Under the pieces are notes generated by a model, which saw nothing but the letters and a program-made list of their open reading frames with translations, did not search any database and had not been told where the DNA came from. Made by a program: the position numbers and the translations under genes. This document shows, one piece after another, positions 37,376 through 46,489 of a stretch of 64,000 bases of DNA. The stretch is from the IMG/VR virus record IMGVR_UViG_3300037963_003542. One strand, written 5' to 3'. Position 1 is the first letter of the stretch. Each line of letters starts with the position of its first letter. Origin of the DNA: a virus.

Positions 37376-39316
37376 ATGGCAACACAAGTATCGCCAGGGA
37401 TTGTTGTTCAGGAGCGCGATTTTACTAACTCACGTCTCCAAGAATCAATCACTAACGTCGGCGCTATTGCTGGTCCTTTTCTGAAAGGAGAAGTTGGCGT
37501 AGCAAAATTAATCACCAGTGAGAAAGATCTGGTGGAAGCTTTCGGTAGACCTACCGATGATAACTATGAGTATTGGTTTACTGCTTCTGAGTTTCTTAAC
37601 TATGGTGGTAACCTCCAGGTAGCAAGAATTGCTGATGCTTCTGGAACTCACCTCACCAATGCTAACTCTGGTGGAGTTACTACTACAAAAATCAATAATC
37701 TTGCAGATTACGAAGCAAGCATTGAAGGCACTGCTCAAACTTATGACTTCGTTGCTAAGAATCCTGGAACATGGGGCAACTCACTTAAAGTTGTAACTAT
37801 CGATCATGGTGCTGATCAGATTCTCACACTTGCTAACGGAGTTGCATTTACTAAAGGTGATGCAGTTACTGATGGAACTGCTACTGGAGTTGCATACGAA
37901 ACTAACGCTGGTGACACTACAAAGGTTGCTGTTGTTCTTGATGCTGGTTCCGCTAAGTTTGCTGTTAATGGTACAGTAAGCACAGAGAATGTAGATGCAG
38001 TTGCTGATTGGTATGATCAACAGTATGCTGTTCCTGGATCAATTAAGTGGAGCGCACTTGCACCTCGTCCTGGTACTTCACCTTATGCTGCTGCTAGAGG
38101 CGGTGCGAACGATGAGATTCACGTTGCAGTTATTGATGCAACTGGCGGAGTCAGTGGAACATCAAATACTGTTCTTGAGAAGATGCTTTATCTCTCAAAA
38201 GCTCCTGGTGCTAAGACCACTGAAGGTGAGGCAAACCACTACAAGCAGGTAATCAAAGGTCGCTCTAAGTATATCTATCTTGCAGCATACGAAGATTCTA
38301 CCGATGTATTTACTTACACCGATTCCGTAGCAATCACATCCTCTGCTACTGCTGCTTCTAAGTTCCATCTCTATGGTCCTTTCGTCTATACCCTTTCTGC
38401 TGGTACTGACTATAACAACTATAACGTTGGTAATGAGACTCAGACTTACAACGATGCGTTCGCTGACACTGAGACCATTCAAATTGACTATGTTCTTTGC
38501 GGTCCCACAACTCTTGCTAAGGCAAACTCACTGATCAACCTTGCTAATACTAGAAAGGATTGTATCACATTTGTATCTCCTCAGAGATCTGATGTTCTCG
38601 GAAGTTCTGCTTCCACTGGAGCTGCTCAGACAGACAACGTGGTTGATTTCTTTGAAGCAATCAGCGATAGTTCTTCTTACGCTGCATTTGATAACAACTA
38701 TAAGTACATCTACGATAGATTCAACGATACTTATCGTTATATTCCATGTAATGCTGACATGGCTGGTCTTTGTGTTAACACAACTGCCATCTCTGAAGCA
38801 TGGTTCTCCCCTGCTGGTTTCAACAGAGGTAACCTGAGAAACGCTGTTAAGGTTGCTTATAATCCAACTAAAGCACAGCGTGACGAACTCTATAGCAAGC
38901 GTGTCAATCCAATCGTTTCATTCCCTGGTCAGGGCATCGTTCTGTTTGGTGACAAGACTGCTCTCCGTAGTCCTTCCGCTTTCGACAGAATCAACGTTCG
39001 TCGTCTGTTCCTCATCCTTGAGAGAACTCTTAAGAATTTCTCCAAAGGAGTTCTGTTTGAGTTAAACGATGAGACTACTCGCTTGAACTTCACCACGCAG
39101 GTTAATAACTACATGCGTGACATCCAGGCAAGAAGAGGTATGACTGATTTCCTCGTAGTCGCAGATGAGTCAAATAACACAGCTGATGTTATTGATCGTA
39201 ATGAATTTGTTGCTGATATCTATATCAAGCCTTCTCGCTCCATTAACTTCATCACCCTGACATTCGTTGCTACTCGCACTGGTGTCAGCTTCAATGAAGT
39301 TATCGGCAGAGTTTGA
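37376..39316 (+). CDS. gp18: Tail sheath protein gp18
   Basis: QVSPGIVVQERD; WFSPAGFNRG; SAFDRINVRRLF; YIKPSRSINFITLTFVATRTGVSF. Confidence 0.98.
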   Translation: MATQVSPGIVVQERDFTNSRLQESITNVGAIAGPFLKGEVGVAKLITSEKDLVEAFGRPTDDNYEYWFTASEFLNYGGNLQVARIADASGTHLTNANSGGVTTTKINNLADYEASIEGTAQTYDFVAKNPGTWGNSLKVVTIDHGADQILTLANGVAFTKGDAVTDGTATGVAYETNAGDTTKVAVVLDAGSAKFAVNGTVSTENVDAVADWYDQQYAVPGSIKWSALAPRPGTSPYAAARGGANDEIHVAVIDATGGVSGTSNTVLEKMLYLSKAPGAKTTEGEANHYKQVIKGRSKYIYLAAYEDSTDVFTYTDSVAITSSATAASKFHLYGPFVYTLSAGTDYNNYNVGNETQTYNDAFADTETIQIDYVLCGPTTLAKANSLINLANTRKDCITFVSPQRSDVLGSSASTGAAQTDNVVDFFEAISDSSSYAAFDNNYKYIYDRFNDTYRYIPCNADMAGLCVNTTAISEAWFSPAGFNRGNLRNAVKVAYNPTKAQRDELYSKRVNPIVSFPGQGIVLFGDKTALRSPSAFDRINVRRLFLILERTLKNFSKGVLFELNDETTRLNFTTQVNNYMRDIQARRGMTDFLVVADESNNTADVIDRNEFVADIYIKPSRSINFITLTFVATRTGVSFNEVIGRV

Positions 39317-39352
39317 TTAGAAAATAAATACACTTAAGGAGATAATCAAACA

Positions 39353-39949
39353 ATGGCAAACTTAACTTCATTTAAAAGTAAGATTGGTTATGGTATCCGC
39401 CCTAATCTGTTTATGGTTCAAGTAACAGATTTAGAGGATAATATCGGTGACAAAACAGAGATCAATGGATCTGATGCTGATTTCACATTCCTCTGCCGTT
39501 CCGCTGGTATTCCTGCCAGCACAATCGGAACGGTAGAAGTTCCTTTCAGAGGTAGAGTCATCAAACTTCCTGGTGACCGCACCTTTGAATCCTGGACTAT
39601 CACAGTCATGGCTGATGAAAGCATGACAGTCAGAGGATTCTTTGAGAAGTGGATGGAAAAACTGAATAAGCATGAGAATGGTGCAGGTTATACCACAAAA
39701 TTTGCCTCCACTCTGAAAGTTTCTCAGATGCAACGCGGAACTTCTACCTCTGATGCTCTTAAGGATCCACATAGCATTGTAAGATCCTATGAGTTCTTCA
39801 ATGCTTTCCCAACCAACATTGCTCAGATTGATCTGTCATATGACAACAACAATACCATTGCTGAGTACACTGTTGAGTTCCAGTATGACTGGTGGGAAGC
39901 TAAGAAAGCAGATAGTACTGTTGAGATCGGTGCAACTGCCACTATCTGA
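39353..39949 (+). CDS. gp19: Tail tube protein gp19
   Basis: RPNLF...VPFRGRVIKLPGDRTFESWTITV...FTVE-like...YDWW; late promoter at 39324-39330. Confidence 0.97.
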   Translation: MANLTSFKSKIGYGIRPNLFMVQVTDLEDNIGDKTEINGSDADFTFLCRSAGIPASTIGTVEVPFRGRVIKLPGDRTFESWTITVMADESMTVRGFFEKWMEKLNKHENGAGYTTKFASTLKVSQMQRGTSTSDALKDPHSIVRSYEFFNAFPTNIAQIDLSYDNNNTIAEYTVEFQYDWWEAKKADSTVEIGATATI

Positions 39950-39990
39950 CATGGATAAATAACTACAGTAAACGTAGTTAACCTTATACA

Positions 39991-41625
39991 ATGGCGGAGT
40001 TATTTGGGTTTTCCCTTGATAAAGGAAACCAAAAGAAAAAGAAGCAGCAGGGGTTAATCTCCCCTGTTGCTCCTAATAATGACGACGGGACCGTAACAAT
40101 CTCTGCTGGAGGTTATTACGGTCAATATGTTGATATGGAGGGTGTCTCCAGAAACGAGTTTGAGCAGATCCGAAAGTATCGCGAAGTCTCATTACACCCT
40201 GAAGTTGACTCCGCAATTGATGAAGTAGTCAACGAAGCAATCGTTGCAGATGGTGATGACTCACCAGTAGAAATCGAACTCTCTAATCTTGAGCAGAGCG
40301 AGTCAATCAAGAAGAGAATCAGAGAAGAATTTAACGAGATCAAACGCTTACTGCAGTTTGATAAAAAGTGCTACCATATTTTCAGACGTTGGTATATTGA
40401 CGGAAGACTTTATTATCATAAGGTAATTGATGTAAACAAACCTACTGAAGGCATTAAAGAACTTCGCTACATTGATCCACTGAAGGTCAAGAAAATGCGT
40501 GAGGTTAAAAAGAAACCTGCAGCAGGTGGTGGAGATAAAACTAAAATTTTAAACTACGGTGATGTAAACGAATACTATCTCTACAATCCCAAAGGAGTAT
40601 TCAATCATAAAGCAGCGGTCAGTCTTGCAGGGAACGATCAACTTGGTGTGAAGATTGCACCCGATGCGATCACGTTCTGCACGTCAGGACTGATGGACAT
40701 GAATCAAAATCTGCCATTGTCCTATCTGCATAAGGCACTGAAAGCAGTTAACCAACTGAGAATGATTGAAGATTCTCTGGTTATCTACAGAATGTCCCGC
40801 GCACCAGAACGTAGAATTTTCTACATTGACGTTGGTAATCTTCCAAAGGTCAAGGCAGAACAATATCTGCGTGAGGTCATGTCTCGCTATAGAAATAAAC
40901 TGGTATATGATGCCAGCACTGGTGAGATTCGTGACGACAAAAAGTTCATGAGTATGCTGGAAGATTTCTGGTTACCTCGCCGCGAAGGTGGTAGAGGCAC
41001 AGAGATCACTACACTTCCTGGTGCTCAGAATCTTGGAGAACTGAAGGACGTTGAATACTTCCTGAAGAAACTCTACAAATCGCTAAACCTCCCACCATCT
41101 CGCGTGGGCGAGGAAAAGGGATTTAGTCTTGGACGCTCCAATGAGATCCTGCGTGATGAACTTAAGTTTATCAAGTTCGTCGGCAGACTCCGCAAGCAGT
41201 TCTCGCATCTCTTTAATGATATGTTGAAGACCCAGTTAATCCTCAAAGGTGTCATCACTACAGATGACTGGGAATTAATGGAGCAGCATATTCAGTATGA
41301 CTATCTGTTTGATAACCATTTCACTGAACTCAAAGAGATTGAGATGATCGGTGAGAGATTAAACCTCGTAGAAAGAATGCAACCTTTCATGGGAGTTTAC
41401 TACTCTAATGATCATATCAAGCGTCAGATCCTACAGCAAAAAGAATCCGAGATTGAAGAGATCCGCATTCAAATTGAGAAGGAGAAGAAGTCTGGTGAAC
41501 TTATGGATACTCCAGTCATGCCAGTGGAAGATCCCAATGCTCCAGTTCCACCAGCAGGCGGTCCAGTTGATACATCAACGAAACCTCCTATGAAAGCGCA
41601 GACTTCTAAAGAGCTTGAAAACTAA
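39991..41625 (+). CDS. gp20: Portal protein gp20
   Basis: RAPERRIFYIDVGNLPKVKAEQYL; MLEDFWLPRREGGRGTEITTLPG; late promoter at 39955-39961. Confidence 0.99.
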   Translation: MAELFGFSLDKGNQKKKKQQGLISPVAPNNDDGTVTISAGGYYGQYVDMEGVSRNEFEQIRKYREVSLHPEVDSAIDEVVNEAIVADGDDSPVEIELSNLEQSESIKKRIREEFNEIKRLLQFDKKCYHIFRRWYIDGRLYYHKVIDVNKPTEGIKELRYIDPLKVKKMREVKKKPAAGGGDKTKILNYGDVNEYYLYNPKGVFNHKAAVSLAGNDQLGVKIAPDAITFCTSGLMDMNQNLPLSYLHKALKAVNQLRMIEDSLVIYRMSRAPERRIFYIDVGNLPKVKAEQYLREVMSRYRNKLVYDASTGEIRDDKKFMSMLEDFWLPRREGGRGTEITTLPGAQNLGELKDVEYFLKKLYKSLNLPPSRVGEEKGFSLGRSNEILRDELKFIKFVGRLRKQFSHLFNDMLKTQLILKGVITTDDWELMEQHIQYDYLFDNHFTELKEIEMIGERLNLVERMQPFMGVYYSNDHIKRQILQQKESEIEEIRIQIEKEKKSGELMDTPVMPVEDPNAPVPPAGGPVDTSTKPPMKAQTSKELEN

Positions 41626-41651
41626 ATAATATTATAAATTAATTTACTATC

Positions 41652-41918
41652 ATGACTGTTACTAAAGAATTGATTGACAAAATTGTCAATGGAGAGAACT
41701 CCGTTGCATCTGATGAAGTGATTGACCTTCTTTATGCAAAAGCATCTGAAGCATTAGATTCCTATAAAAAGGAATATGCTGGACAACTTATGAATCCCAC
41801 AACCGAAGGAGAACCTGAAGTTGGCGAGGGTGATCCTAACATTGATGCTCCGCAACCAGAAGGTTCCGCAGAACAACAGATTGAAGAACCCACCACCGAA
41901 CCCGAAGAAGAACAATGA
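41652..41918 (+). CDS. Small acidic prohead core protein (gp67-like by position)
   Basis: 88 aa, E/P-rich, between portal and protease; CTAAATA at 41622. Confidence 0.6.
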   Translation: MTVTKELIDKIVNGENSVASDEVIDLLYAKASEALDSYKKEYAGQLMNPTTEGEPEVGEGDPNIDAPQPEGSAEQQIEEPTTEPEEEQ

Positions 41919-42559
41919 AACTTATCGTAGAGCACATTGAAGATATTGAACTTCTCACTGAAGAGAAGGATGGAAAAGAGTATACATATATTCAGGGAGT
42001 ATTTTTGCAGGGCGATATCAAAAATCGCAATGGGAGAGTATATCCAATGCCTGTTCTTCAGCGCGAAGTAACTAACTACAACGAAAATTTCGTTCAAAAG
42101 TCCCGTGCTCTGGGTGAACTCGGTCATCCTGATGGTCCTACCATCAACCTTGATCGTGTTTCACATAAGATTGTAGAACTTTATCAAGATGGTTCTAACT
42201 ATGTTGGTAAGGCAAAACTTCTTGAAACCCCTATGGGTCAAATTGCAAAGAACCTTCTCCGTGAAGGTGTGCAACTTGGAGTTTCCTCTAGAGGTGTAGG
42301 TAGTCTTGAATCCAAAGGTGGATCAAATTATGTCAGAGATGACTTTATGCTTACAACTGCTGCTGATATTGTTGCTGATCCTTCTGCCCCTGATGCCTTC
42401 GTCAACGGAATCATGGAAGGAAAAGAATGGGTTTGGAACAATGGAGCATTTAAAGAAGCTGAACTCCAGCAAGCAAAAGAAGATTTAGAGAGAGTATCAC
42501 GCGGAGCACTTGAGGGTAAAATCCTTGAGAGCTTTGAGAAACTGCTCTCTAACTTATAA
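41915..42559 (+). CDS. gp21: Prohead protease gp21
   Basis: NRNGRVYP, ALGELGHP, GVSSRG.GS, ADPSAPDA. Confidence 0.98.
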   Translation: MKLIVEHIEDIELLTEEKDGKEYTYIQGVFLQGDIKNRNGRVYPMPVLQREVTNYNENFVQKSRALGELGHPDGPTINLDRVSHKIVELYQDGSNYVGKAKLLETPMGQIAKNLLREGVQLGVSSRGVGSLESKGGSNYVRDDFMLTTAADIVADPSAPDAFVNGIMEGKEWVWNNGAFKEAELQQAKEDLERVSRGALEGKILESFEKLLSNL

Positions 42560-42610
42560 TTTTAATAAATAAGTAATAGAAAAACTAAGGTCCTTTAGGG
42601 GTTATTTTAA

Positions 42611-43696
42611 ATGGCTAATTCGTTAAACGAGAAATTTGAAGATTTCGTATCAGAAAATGTTGATGCGGAAACTGTTACAGAAATGAACAACGCTGTCACT
42701 GCTGGCGCTGCTCCAGCTGAAGGTTCACATCTTCCTGCCGCTACTGGTGCTGATGTTGCTGTTGCCAATGTTGAACCAATGGCTGCAGGATCATCCGCTG
42801 AGTACTCAGGTAAGTTTGAGAACTCTGGTGCTAAGGCTGCTGCTCCAGTTAAAAAGTCTAAGACTGCAGTTAACTCGGGCGAAGGCAAGCAAGATCCTAT
42901 GCCTAAATTAGAAGGTGGCAAGGATATGGCTGGCAAGAAAGTTAGCCGTGGTGGCGGGGACGCAATGCCTAAACTTGCTAAGGAAGAAATTGATGTTACT
43001 GATGACATCAATGCTCTCGTCAATGGCGAGGATCTTTCTGAAGAGTTTAAAGAAAAGGCAACAACAATTTTCAGCGCCGCTGTTTCTTCTAAAATTGATG
43101 AAGAAACCAAGCGTCTGGAAGAAAGCTATGCTGCTCAGTTGAATGAGCAAATTGACGTGATCAAGGAGGAAATGTCATCTAAGGTTGACTCCTTCTTGAA
43201 CTATATTGTAGAACAATGGATTAATGATAACAAGCTCGCAATCAACGAAGGTATTCGCACCGAGATTGCTGAGTCCTTTATGTCTGCTCTTAAGGGAGTG
43301 TTCACCGAACACTACATGGATATTCCAGAAGAGAAGTACGATATGGTTGAGGGGATGAGCGAAAAACTAGATGAAATGGAGTCAAAACTCAACGAACAAA
43401 TTGACAAGAATGTTGAATTAAATTCTGCTCTGGGAGAATTCGTCAAAGAATCTATCGTTGCCGAAGTATCTCAGGGTCTCGCTGATACTCAGAAAGAAAA
43501 ACTTTCCTCCCTTGCTGAGGGTGTAGAGTTTGTTTCCGAAGAGTCATTCAAAGAGAAGATTGAAACCATCAAGGAAAACTATTTCCCTAAGACTTCAATC
43601 AATGAGAGCGTAGAAGAATCTGAGCCCGTTGCCGAGAAGGTAATCCCTGCTGGCATGGAGCAATATGTTTCCGCAATCTCACGCTACAATAAGTGA
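42611..43696 (+). CDS. gp22: Prohead scaffold protein gp22
   Basis: Acidic coiled coil; LSEEFKEKATTIF; W...NKLAI..GIRTEIAESF; late promoter at 42565-42571. Confidence 0.95.
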   Translation: MANSLNEKFEDFVSENVDAETVTEMNNAVTAGAAPAEGSHLPAATGADVAVANVEPMAAGSSAEYSGKFENSGAKAAAPVKKSKTAVNSGEGKQDPMPKLEGGKDMAGKKVSRGGGDAMPKLAKEEIDVTDDINALVNGEDLSEEFKEKATTIFSAAVSSKIDEETKRLEESYAAQLNEQIDVIKEEMSSKVDSFLNYIVEQWINDNKLAINEGIRTEIAESFMSALKGVFTEHYMDIPEEKYDMVEGMSEKLDEMESKLNEQIDKNVELNSALGEFVKESIVAEVSQGLADTQKEKLSSLAEGVEFVSEESFKEKIETIKENYFPKTSINESVEESEPVAEKVIPAGMEQYVSAISRYNK

Positions 43697-43753
43697 TCTA
43701 AATTATAAATAAGTTATAGTTCACAAACATTAAATTTTTCCAAGGAGAACCAA

Positions 43754-45106
43754 ATGTTCAATACCGAACAACTCCAGGAGAAGTGGGCACCTGTTTTGAC
43801 ACACGGCGATCTCCCCGAGATCAAAGATAGTTACAAGAAGGCTGTCACCACTCAACTTCTGGAAAACCAAGAGAAATTCCTCCGCGAGGAGAGAATGCTG
43901 ACCGAAGCGCCTACTAACGCTGGTCCTATCAATACACCTACCACAGGTAGTGGAAACGTAGCAGGTTTTGACCCCGTACTGATCTCACTGATCCGTCGCT
44001 CAATGCCTAACCTGATCGCCTATGACATCTGCGGCGTTCAACCAATGAACGGTCCTACTGGACTGATCTTCGCGATGCGTTCACGCACCGAATCTCAGAC
44101 TGGTGACGAGACCTTCTACAACGAAGTTAACTCTGCTTTCTCTGGTACTGCTTACAACTCCAGCAACTCTGCTGGTGGTACTGCTCCTACTGGATCCAAC
44201 CCTGCCGTTCTTAACGACAGCGGCACCTATGGTTCCTCAGGTGGCATGGCAACAGGTACTGCTGAATCTCTGGGTGAAGCCGCTACCAGCGTATTCCCAG
44301 AAATGGCATTCAGCATCGAGAAGATTGCTGTTACCGCTAAGAGCCGCGCTCTGAAAGCTGAGTACAGCATCGAACTCGCACAAGACCTGAAGGCAATTCA
44401 TGGTCTGGATGCTGAGACTGAACTCGCCAACATCCTCTCTGCTGAGATCCTCACTGAAATCAACAGAGAAGTCGTTCGTACCGTATTCCGTTCCGCTAAG
44501 GCTGGTGCCCAGCAGAACGTTGCTACTCAAGGTACGTTTGACATGGACGTTGATTCCAACGGACGTTGGAGCGTTGAGAAGTTCAAGGGTCTCCTCTTCC
44601 AGATTGAGCGTGAAATGAACGCCATCGCAAAAGAGACTCGTAGAGGGAAGGGCAACATGCTCGTCTGCTCTTCAGACGTTGCTTCTGCCCTGTCAATGGC
44701 TGGCGTCCTTGACTACAACCCTGCTCTCAACACAGGTCTGAACGTTGATGACACTGGCAGCACCTTCGTTGGTACGCTGAACGGTCGCATCCGCGTTTAC
44801 ATCGATCCTTATTCGGCACTGCCTTCTGAGGGTAACAACGCTGCTCAGTTCTTCATCGCTGGTTATAAGGGTACTTCCCCTTATGATGCTGGTCTGTTCT
44901 ATTGCCCATATGTACCTCTGCAGATGGTACGCGCAATCGGACCTGACACCTTCCAGCCCAAGATCGGATTTAAGACCCGCTACGGCATGGTTCTTAATCC
45001 ATTCGCTAAGGGTTCTACTGCCCTCTCCGATTCCGATCCAGTCGCTGCTGGTAACGTCAACACCAACGTCTACTACAGACGTGTCCGTGTTACCAACCTC
45101 ATGTGA
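43754..45106 (+). CDS. gp23: Major capsid protein gp23
   Basis: GVQPMNGPTGLIFAMR; AKSRALKAEYSIELAQDLKAIHGLDAE; FQPKIGFKTRYG; TATAAATA at 43704-43711. Confidence 0.99.
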   Translation: MFNTEQLQEKWAPVLTHGDLPEIKDSYKKAVTTQLLENQEKFLREERMLTEAPTNAGPINTPTTGSGNVAGFDPVLISLIRRSMPNLIAYDICGVQPMNGPTGLIFAMRSRTESQTGDETFYNEVNSAFSGTAYNSSNSAGGTAPTGSNPAVLNDSGTYGSSGGMATGTAESLGEAATSVFPEMAFSIEKIAVTAKSRALKAEYSIELAQDLKAIHGLDAETELANILSAEILTEINREVVRTVFRSAKAGAQQNVATQGTFDMDVDSNGRWSVEKFKGLLFQIEREMNAIAKETRRGKGNMLVCSSDVASALSMAGVLDYNPALNTGLNVDDTGSTFVGTLNGRIRVYIDPYSALPSEGNNAAQFFIAGYKGTSPYDAGLFYCPYVPLQMVRAIGPDTFQPKIGFKTRYGMVLNPFAKGSTALSDSDPVAAGNVNTNVYYRRVRVTNLM

Positions 45107-45127
45107 TCCAATTCACACAGGTTACAC

Positions 45128-45155
45128 AGACCTCCCTTACGGGGGGTCTTTTTTT
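45128..45155 (+). terminator. gp23 terminator
   Basis: AGACCTCCC-ttac-GGGGGGTCT plus T-run. Confidence 0.88.
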
Positions 45156-45201
45156 ATGTACATTTTTTTATTTACATTGAGTTTAGTAAAAAAGCAATAA
45201 A

Positions 45202-45217
45202 TGTATTAGAAGTTACA
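45202..45217 (+). promoter_or_regulatory. Putative NtcA binding site
   Basis: TGTA-ttagaagt-TACA equals the extended cyanobacterial consensus TGTA-N8-TACA; a TAN3T (TAGAGT) lies 20 nt downstream versus the canonical ~22. Confidence 0.6.
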
Positions 45218-45258
45218 TAAAGTTTACTAGATAGTATAGAGTTATGCGAGGTGAAGAA

Positions 45259-45345
45259 ATGAACCCATGCCCTCCTTGTACATCATGTAGCAACAATTGT
45301 ATGGAGGTGACCAAATGCACAATCTATTATCACGCGCTCAATTAG
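45259..45345 (+). CDS. Putative Cys-rich upstream peptide MNPCPPCTSCSNNCMEVTKCTIYYHALN (28 aa)
   Basis: Not in the ORF track; SD GAGGTG 5 nt upstream; overlaps the next start in another frame. Confidence 0.4.
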   Translation: MNPCPPCTSCSNNCMEVTKCTIYYHALN

Positions 45346-45488
45346 ATGAGTGGCGACATTTTGAAGACACAGTTGATGAACTTGAGATAGAAAATCAGAA
45401 ATTAAATGATTACTACGAATGTCTAATTGAGTGTGATTCCTTGGACCAGAACCAATGTAAACGCATATGCCGAAGAATTCTAATGTAG
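45315..45488 (+). CDS. Small twin-CX3C protein
   Basis: 57 aa from MHNLLSR with SD GGAGGTG; C-terminal CLIEC-x7-CKRIC. Confidence 0.8.
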   Translation: MHNLLSRAQLDEWRHFEDTVDELEIENQKLNDYYECLIECDSLDQNQCKRICRRILM

Positions 45489-45494
45489 CTACAT

Positions 45495-45517
45495 GACCCC
45501 GAAAGGGGTCTTTTTTT
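45495..45517 (+). terminator. Intrinsic terminator
   Basis: GACCCC-gaaa-GGGGTC plus T7; late promoter CTAAATA follows at 45520. Confidence 0.9.
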
Positions 45518-45545
45518 ATCTAAATATCTAAAAAGTATTATAACA

Positions 45546-46061
45546 ATGACCCAGGCAAATTGGTTAGAAAATAAGATTGATAATCTTAACTACCTGGCAC
45601 CACAAGGTTTTAAATTATCAATTGAAAAATTTCCTAAGGTAGCATATCTTTGTCAATCAGCAAACATTCCTGGTGTAAGAATTCCTGACATCAGTGTTGC
45701 TACTCCTTTTAGAGATATTCCTATTGCTGGAACTGAGACAGAATACGAAGATCTTACCGTAAGATTTTTGATTGATGAGAACATGGAAAACTATGTCTCA
45801 ATTCATAAATGGATTGTGAAGACTGGTCTTGCAGAAAGATATGACACTGACAAAGATCCTGAAGAGGGATGGGTTTCATTAGAAATTTTAAACAGTAACT
45901 TTAATTCTAATATTCAGATTGAGTTTGAAAATGCATGGCCTACTGCATTAACACCAGTAGCATTTGATGCTACTGAAACGGGAGTTCAATACCTCACCGC
46001 AACTGCCACCTTTAAATACAGCATATATAGAATTAAGTATAATGGAGAAGTGATTAGTTAA
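45546..46061 (+). CDS. gp3: Tail tube terminator/sheath stabilizer gp3
   Basis: NYLAPQGFKL...YLCQSANIPG...LTVRFLIDENMENY...ATATFKY. Confidence 0.92.
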   Translation: MTQANWLENKIDNLNYLAPQGFKLSIEKFPKVAYLCQSANIPGVRIPDISVATPFRDIPIAGTETEYEDLTVRFLIDENMENYVSIHKWIVKTGLAERYDTDKDPEEGWVSLEILNSNFNSNIQIEFENAWPTALTPVAFDATETGVQYLTATATFKYSIYRIKYNGEVIS

Positions 46062-46489
46062 TGACATTTGAAGAGATTCAGGCGATGTGGGAACAGGACT
46101 CAAAGATTGATCCTGTTGAACTTGATACCGCTGCACTTAGCATTCCCACACTACATTCAAAATATTTAAAAATCTTTTCTGACTACAAATTTAAAAAGAA
46201 ACTAGCAGTACTAGATCTTAAACAACTTAACAGACGCAAGTTTGAATACTATGCGGGACGAGGATCCGTAGAAGATTATAAAGAAGAACCTTTTGATCTC
46301 AAGGTTCTTAAATCAGATCTGCCAATGTATATTGAGTCTGATTCTCAGGTCAAAGAACTGCAGATGAAGATTGATATGTATGACATCATCATTGAATACC
46401 TGGAAAGTGTAATCAGGATGATCAACAATCGCTCATACCAGATCAAGAATGCGATTGAATGGAAATCATTTATTGAAGGAATTAAGTAA
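46061..46489 (+). CDS. uvsY: Recombination mediator UvsY
   Basis: DSKID...IPTLHSKYL...RSYQIKNAIEW. Confidence 0.95.
   Translation: MTFEEIQAMWEQDSKIDPVELDTAALSIPTLHSKYLKIFSDYKFKKKLAVLDLKQLNRRKFEYYAGRGSVEDYKEEPFDLKVLKSDLPMYIESDSQVKELQMKIDMYDIIIEYLESVIRMINNRSYQIKNAIEWKSFIEGIK

Noticed and set aside
42607-43110. 167-aa ORF antisense to gp22, and similar antisense ORFs over gp23, gp18 and gp43
   Set aside because: Shadows of conserved core genes with no independent signals.
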